Shown here: piece by piece, positions 59,801 through 64,000 of the stretch | Layout of the letters: each line of letters begins with the position of its first letter | Position numbering within the stretch: position 1 is the stretch's first letter | Source: Candidatus Poribacteria bacterium | Lineage (GTDB): Bacteria; Poribacteria; WGA-4E; WGA-3G | Direction of reading: 5' to 3' | Length of the DNA: 64,000 nucleotides | Assembly (NCBI GenBank): GCA_965198235.1 | Contig: OZ240248.1 | Location: 1,600,001-1,664,000 of the forward strand | Position numbers and translations under genes: made by a program | Notes under the pieces: model-generated | The model's database searches: none | Seen by the model: only the letters and a program-made list of their open reading frames with translations | Told to the model about the DNA's origin: nothing

Positions 59801-60334
59801 ATTTATCATAGTGGAGAAGAAATCCACCAGTTTTTTCTGTCCGCCATAGCGTCGTAGGAGCCGAGTGAGTCTCGCACGGTGTAGATCGTTAGGGTTTATG
59901 GCAATGTCCTTGAGGGTTTCCCGAATGATTTGCTGTAATGAGAGTTTCTGATCAATGCCTTGTAGAATGCTGAAGTTGGCTGGTACACCCGCTTGGAAGG
60001 GGAATTCTCGCAGGATACGTGAGCAGAATGCATGGATAGTTGAGATGTGTGCCGTGCTCATCTTTTCGCGAAAGCCTTGTAGCGAATTGTCCTGTTCTGA
60101 GCCATCACGCTCTTCTTGAGGCGACAGTTCTTCGATAACGCGCTCCTTCATCTCGGCGGCGGCTTTCTCTGTGAAGGTGATGGCGACAATCTCTTGCGGG
60201 TTGGCGTTACCTGCACGCAAAATTTTGAGGTAACGCTCGACCAATACCGTGGTTTTTCCGGATCCGGCACCAGCGGTTACGCAGATGTGTCTGTCTATGT
60301 CAAGGGCTTGTTGTTGACTCGGTGTTAGTCGCAT
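56834..60334 (-). CDS. UvrD-type helicase/nuclease, AddA-like
   Basis: 'AGAGSGKT', 'TFTEKAA', 'VDEYQDT', 'VGDPKQSIYAFRGA', 'TIHAAKG', C-terminal RecB-like 'GRFD...INYKT'. Confidence 0.88.
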   Translation of the reverse strand: MRLTPSQQQALDIDRHICVTAGAGSGKTTVLVERYLKILRAGNANPQEIVAITFTEKAAAEMKERVIEELSPQEERDGSEQDNSLQGFREKMSTAHISTIHAFCSRILREFPFQAGVPANFSILQGIDQKLSLQQIIRETLKDIAINPNDLHRARLTRLLRRYGGQKKLVDFFSTMINQRDVLEHLMQKIYSNPNDTEIRKGLEQRVHDTLMSTMDVAEFIRCLNAVLQVAKGKNAEAVRDSTQQLETLYGQNPDPSGALNLLRDIAFLITTGRSAIAKRDFLGNRVTITGIEAEINFLVSTARKIKAVPLIEDNENGTDENETDDDFLLSTIRDLLTLYTRISNAYRIAKLSQGELDFADLQLKTRDLLRNNEEIRQKLVSRHKYYMVDEYQDTNELQYELVMLLTNELKEANLFIVGDPKQSIYAFRGADVRVFEKTKEKIVDDRGRDIRLTENFRSLRDTVGFVNYFFNRLMGDGKETEFEVQYEALTQARPVNANGAVEILLGKQGEEAASEYSLIAHHIINMKANEETVWVRGASEESKGVEAERPIQYGDIAILIRSRRHLPDIEHALLEAGIPYLTTGGVGFYQRQEIYDIWNYLHFLEAPTKNQASLAAVLRGPAFGISDAELYEISLQERENFWDQAQNYQDRSHNLNRAITTLKRHSQLAHRMPVNQLILTLVNETGMIGTLRAGKYGQQRWANYQKLLELARNFDGDENKQTLPDFVEFLDTLITEEPQEGEAPVEAGSGAVQIMTIHAAKGKQFPIVILPRLDRKGQTDMEPFIDEALGIGFSPLNSDKDYRKTAPEIVTHMKNRANEKEIAEKKRLFYVGTTRACDRLILSGTLPAMNMLDWLYKHLDIDEEDSLLNLSVALEVFTGNITSSESFELQIPIHQALAETTSADEVSDETTPIDFPESLRKLELTGTSAAFSVSELANYARCPLRYQLENVLRIPVNGQEESDLDENEMDAALRYTFAQIRQRSDIENLDTTIDQALENYPEVTTESTATLRTHVNNFINSELGETAFSAPTIHTNQHIHADINGHIVDGRFDRLFKDETGNWQVINYKTDEAQNLDTSHPEMELYSLLVHRRYPNQSTVTINLFFTGHGRWEQMYFSTAQLQEVQKQWQEKILALQRGVYEKNLEHCCSCPYANPDGQCIITEA

Positions 60335-60426
60335 TTTTTTCTGGCTATCAGTTATCGGCTTTCAGCCCTCAGAAAAAGGCTTCGGTTCACCGAAAACCTC
60401 TTTACCGACCGCTGATTGCTATTCTC

Positions 60427-61506
60427 CTAATCCGGTAGTGGGATAATTGCCTCTGATGATATTGCAAGTTGAACAGTGTCTCCGGGTTTTTTTGTTTCTA
60501 CACCGGGATTGTAGTGGACGGCTTTAAGGGGAATATCTGCGGATATCAATTGATATTCCTCTACCCTGCCCAAATAGTTGACCGCAGTAACTTTCGCAGT
60601 TATCCTGTTTTCGACGGGATTTCCGCCATTCTGGACGTTGTCAATAATGAGTGCCTCTGGTCGAATTGAACACCGCACGGATGTCCCTTGTGTTAGTTCG
60701 TGATAAACGGTTGTGGAGTGGAGTGTTCCGGCGGGTGTTTCTATAGTAGCACTACCGTTTGAGGCGTGCTCGACCTTGCCTGAAATAAAATTGGTTTCCC
60801 CGACGAAGTTTGCAACAAAAGCGTTCTTTGGAAACTTATATACTTCGCGCGGTGTGCCAACTTGGATAACGACCCCGTCCTGCATAATTGCCATCCGATC
60901 CGCCATAGAGAGGGCATCCACCTGATCGTGTGTGACGTAGAACATTGTAATATTGGTGCGGTCATGGATCTGCTTTATTTCGTCGCGCATTTGCTGTCGG
61001 AGTGCGGCATCAAGGTTACTAATCGGTTCGTCAAGGAGTAGGACACTCGGTTCAATGACGAGGGCACGGGCGAGGGCGATTCGCTGCTGTTGTCCGCCAG
61101 AGAGTGTGTTGACAGCGCGATCACGAAAATCTTCCATCTGCACCATTTCGAGTGCGCGCGTGATTTTTTCGTTTCGTTCCGTTTTTTCGAGTTTCCGAAG
61201 CGTGAGTCCGTATTCGATGTTTTCGGCAACGGACATGTGGGGCCATAGGGCATAGTTCTGGAATACCATCCCTGTGTTGCGTTGATGTGGCGGTACGTCG
61301 TTGATGACGGTATCATCGAATCGTAGTTCGCCAGTGTCGGGCTTGTAGAATCCGGCGACGATTCGGAGAAAGGTTGATTTGCCGCATCCGGAGGGACCGA
61401 GGAGGAAGAAGAATTCGCCTTTCTCAATTTTCAAGCTCACGTCGTTGACGGCGAGCGTCGTATCGAAGGCTTTTGTGACATGGGTAAGTTGAACTGCAAC
61501 TGCCAT
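60427..61506 (-). CDS. ABC transporter ATP-binding subunit (PotA/FbpC-like, TOBE domain)
   Basis: 'GPSGCGKS', 'VFQNYALWPHM', 'LSGGQQQR', 'LLLDEP'. Confidence 0.9.
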   Translation of the reverse strand: MAVAVQLTHVTKAFDTTLAVNDVSLKIEKGEFFFLLGPSGCGKSTFLRIVAGFYKPDTGELRFDDTVINDVPPHQRNTGMVFQNYALWPHMSVAENIEYGLTLRKLEKTERNEKITRALEMVQMEDFRDRAVNTLSGGQQQRIALARALVIEPSVLLLDEPISNLDAALRQQMRDEIKQIHDRTNITMFYVTHDQVDALSMADRMAIMQDGVVIQVGTPREVYKFPKNAFVANFVGETNFISGKVEHASNGSATIETPAGTLHSTTVYHELTQGTSVRCSIRPEALIIDNVQNGGNPVENRITAKVTAVNYLGRVEEYQLISADIPLKAVHYNPGVETKKPGDTVQLAISSEAIIPLPD

Positions 61507-61687
61507 TTTTTAATTTTCCTTGCGGATAAGTAACGTGTGTTTGGCATTTGATGTGCCTTTGTGCCGAGTCGCTTTCCACTTCGTTTCAAGCTTGGTTTCT
61601 TTGGCTAAGAAGAGATATCCAAGCAAAACCGCTGCCACATCAGTAACAAGAGGTGTTAGGATTCCCATTACTTTCTTTAGTTGACGA

Positions 61688-62506
61688 CTACTCTTCTGTT
61701 TGTGTGATGTCTTTTACGCACCGAAATCCAATAGTGCTTCCGGATGAGAGGTGATACCATCGGTCTGCGACACGGAGATCTTCAGGACTCCCGCCCCATC
61801 CACCGCCCCGTAGGATGCGAAAGTTTTCACTATCAGGAGCAATTTCCCTGCCGAAGCGCGGGTTACTTTGTGGACTGATGCTATAGAATTCACTGTTGTA
61901 TTCGTCAAAGCACCACTCCCACACATTGCCTGCCATATCGTAGAGATTATAGCCGTTAGGTGGGAAGCTGCCAACCGGTGCTGTCCACTTCCATCTATCC
62001 GCTCCGCCTGTATTACCGAAATTGGCATCTGCATAAGTTATTATATCACCATTCGGGTATCGTTTGCCAGTGAGACCTCCGCGTGCGGCGTATTCCCACT
62101 CTGCTTCGGTAGGCAGCCGTTTATTTGCCCACGCTGCGTACGCAGCCGCATCGCGCCAGTTCACCCGAACGACAGGGACATCGGGGGCATTGAATCTTGG
62201 ATTATGCGACAGCGGTGGCTGAGGATAACCTGTGCTTTGGACGAACTTCTGATAGTGGGCATTCGTTACCTCGTATGTGTCCATGTAGAATGCATCGAGG
62301 GTGGCGGTATGCACGGGTCGTTCATCGCTATCCCCGGTGGCGGAGCCCATCTGAAACGTGCCTGCCGGAATTAACACCATTGTTGCACCATCGACTTCAG
62401 AGACAATTTCTGTGGTTGGTTCAATGGGTGAACCCTCCTCGTTTTGCGTGCAGGCGCACACACCAACACTGACAATGCTGATAAGAAGGATTCCTACAAT
62501 TCTCAT
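61688..62506 (-). CDS. FGE-sulfatase (SUMF1-like) domain lipoprotein
   Basis: 'FQMGS', 'YEVTNAHY', 'RLPTEAEWEYAARGG', 'DMAGNVWEW', 'GFRC'; ATG overlaps the selA stop. Confidence 0.88.
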   Translation of the reverse strand: MRIVGILLISIVSVGVCACTQNEEGSPIEPTTEIVSEVDGATMVLIPAGTFQMGSATGDSDERPVHTATLDAFYMDTYEVTNAHYQKFVQSTGYPQPPLSHNPRFNAPDVPVVRVNWRDAAAYAAWANKRLPTEAEWEYAARGGLTGKRYPNGDIITYADANFGNTGGADRWKWTAPVGSFPPNGYNLYDMAGNVWEWCFDEYNSEFYSISPQSNPRFGREIAPDSENFRILRGGGWGGSPEDLRVADRWYHLSSGSTIGFRCVKDITQTEE

Positions 62507-63975
62507 AAATCTTTTGCGATTTGTGTGGCAGTTTCGACGATCCAAGCCTGTTCTCTCTCATAGACTGTCCGCAGATCCAACCAAAAAAGACCGTCCTTGA
62601 TTCTGCCGATGACGGGAATTGTAGCGTTTCGGAATTGTGCAGCGAGCATTTCAGCGGAAGACTCCGAGGGTTCAAGGACAAGTGCGATACTCGGTAACGT
62701 CTCAACGGGGAGGGCACCACTCCCGATTTGCCCGTAGGTTTCCGAGACCTGAATACCGACCTTTTCTCCGAAGAGGGGTTCTAACTGCGTCTTGAGTGCT
62801 ATTGCAACGGCATGGAGTGCCTCTATCGGTCGGGTGTAGCGGTTGAGCATCGGAAACCGTTCAGTGATGGTGGCATCCTCTGTGAGATAGAGTTGCAATG
62901 TGGCTGACAAACCGGCAATAATAAGTTTATCGACTCGGAGTGCCCGCATCATCGGGTTTTTACGCATCTTCTCGATCCATTCCGCTTTACCCACGATAAT
63001 TCCTGCTTGGGGTCCGCCGAGCAGCTTATCGCCGCTAAAGGTAACAATGTCAACACCGCTGGCGATTCGCTCTCCGACGAGCGGTTCATGCGGAAGTCCG
63101 TATGTTGTCATGTCGATGAGCGCACCACTCCCAAGATCTTCCATCGTTGGAATGCCGTGCTGTGCACCGAGTTCCGTCAGTTCTCCCATCGAAGGCGTTG
63201 AGGTGAAACCGAGAATTTTGTAATTGCTCGGATGCACCTTAAGCAATAACCCTGTGTTCTCATTAATAGCCTCGGCGTAATCGCGGAGATGGGTTCGGTT
63301 GGTGGTGCCTACTTCGCGGAGGACTGCGCCGCTTGCTGCCATTACGTCAGGAACTCGGAACGCCCCACCGATTTCGATCAGTTCTCCTCGTGAGACGATA
63401 ACCTCTTTACCGCGTGCGATCGTTTGAAGCGCGATCAGAACCGCCGCTGCATTATTATTAACGACCGTGGATGCCTCACAGCCGGTCAACTGCTGTAAGA
63501 GGGGTTCGGTAATCCTATCCCGATGTCCTCGCCTACCTGTTGTAATGTCGTATTCGAGGTTGACATAGTTTTGTGCGGCTTGCTGGATTGCTTCACAGGT
63601 AGAATTGCTTAACAGCGATCTGCCTAAGTTGGTGTGTGTAATCGTACCTGTCGCATTGACGACGGGACGCATGCGGGCACCTATCTTTGCCTCAATTTTC
63701 TGGCGCGTTCGTTCGGCGTATTCCGTGTGTTCTGGCAGTTGTGTACTGCCACTCAGAATGTCGTTTCGGATGTCGGCGACGACGGCGCGCAATGCCTCCG
63801 TCACAAGAGAACGGGCGTAGGTGGCTTGCAAGTCAAGCATTTCCTGTGTGTTCAGGAGTTTTTCGATGGCGGGCAAGTGCCGTAGGAGGTTTTTTGTATC
63901 GACGGTTGTCAAGATAGTTTCCAAGAAGTAAGTTTTTTTAAGGATTAAGATGCTTTCCACATTGGACGGACTCAC
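62503..63975 (-). CDS. selA: L-seryl-tRNA(Sec) selenium transferase; true start probably near 63912
   Basis: 'VVNATG...HTNLGRS', 'VNNNAAA', 'SRGELIEIGG.FR', 'EVGTTN', 'DLGSG', 'FSGDKLLGGPQAG'. Confidence 0.95.
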   Translation of the reverse strand: MSPSNVESILILKKTYFLETILTTVDTKNLLRHLPAIEKLLNTQEMLDLQATYARSLVTEALRAVVADIRNDILSGSTQLPEHTEYAERTRQKIEAKIGARMRPVVNATGTITHTNLGRSLLSNSTCEAIQQAAQNYVNLEYDITTGRRGHRDRITEPLLQQLTGCEASTVVNNNAAAVLIALQTIARGKEVIVSRGELIEIGGAFRVPDVMAASGAVLREVGTTNRTHLRDYAEAINENTGLLLKVHPSNYKILGFTSTPSMGELTELGAQHGIPTMEDLGSGALIDMTTYGLPHEPLVGERIASGVDIVTFSGDKLLGGPQAGIIVGKAEWIEKMRKNPMMRALRVDKLIIAGLSATLQLYLTEDATITERFPMLNRYTRPIEALHAVAIALKTQLEPLFGEKVGIQVSETYGQIGSGALPVETLPSIALVLEPSESSAEMLAAQFRNATIPVIGRIKDGLFWLDLRTVYEREQAWIVETATQIAKDL

Positions 63976-64000
63976 GATCTGATATGTTCGTATTATAGCC

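Noticed and set aside
61688-61830. DGR variable region at the end of the FGE-sulfatase domain
   Set aside because: No template repeat or reverse transcriptase seen in the window
62503-64000. Selenoprotein gene or tRNA-Sec next to selA
   Set aside because: No tRNA-Sec, selB, selD or convincing in-frame UGA read-through noticed by eye

Overview
A bacterial chromosomal window of moderate GC. The gene content suggests Candidatus Poribacteria (inference): four PhyH dioxygenases, several Gfo/Idh/MocA oxidoreductases, two mandelate-racemase-family dehydratases, a sulfatase, LamG, WD40, TPR and CRTAC1 proteins, a secreted dockerin/FlgD-Ig protein, and a recurrent C-terminal 'KLxTxWGxLK' tail. Housekeeping genes are argD, a LolB-position lipoprotein, ispE, tRNA-Gln(TTG), rplY, pth, an AddA-like helicase and selA. 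A defence island at about 43.1-52.7 kb encodes an XRE-HTH/ImmA peptidase, a DUF4411 PIN protein, a HEPN-DUF499 ATPase, an Rpn nuclease with an internal start and a duplicated stand-alone C-terminal cassette, a DUF1156 methyltransferase and a GIY-YIG nuclease, but no SNF2 helicase. Its left border is a ~720-bp ORF-free region made of four modules, each a tandem arm repeat plus a distant inverted arm with module-specific arm sequence. A second AAA-ATPase/nuclease-like pair has a -1 frameshift at A-AAA-AAC. Intergenic DNA is full of REP/MITE-like repeats; several end exactly at start codons and several sit in frame inside genes, most clearly a ~33-codon insert in pth. No CRISPR array, rRNA or intact transposase was found. 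All calls come from manual motif reading with no database searches.
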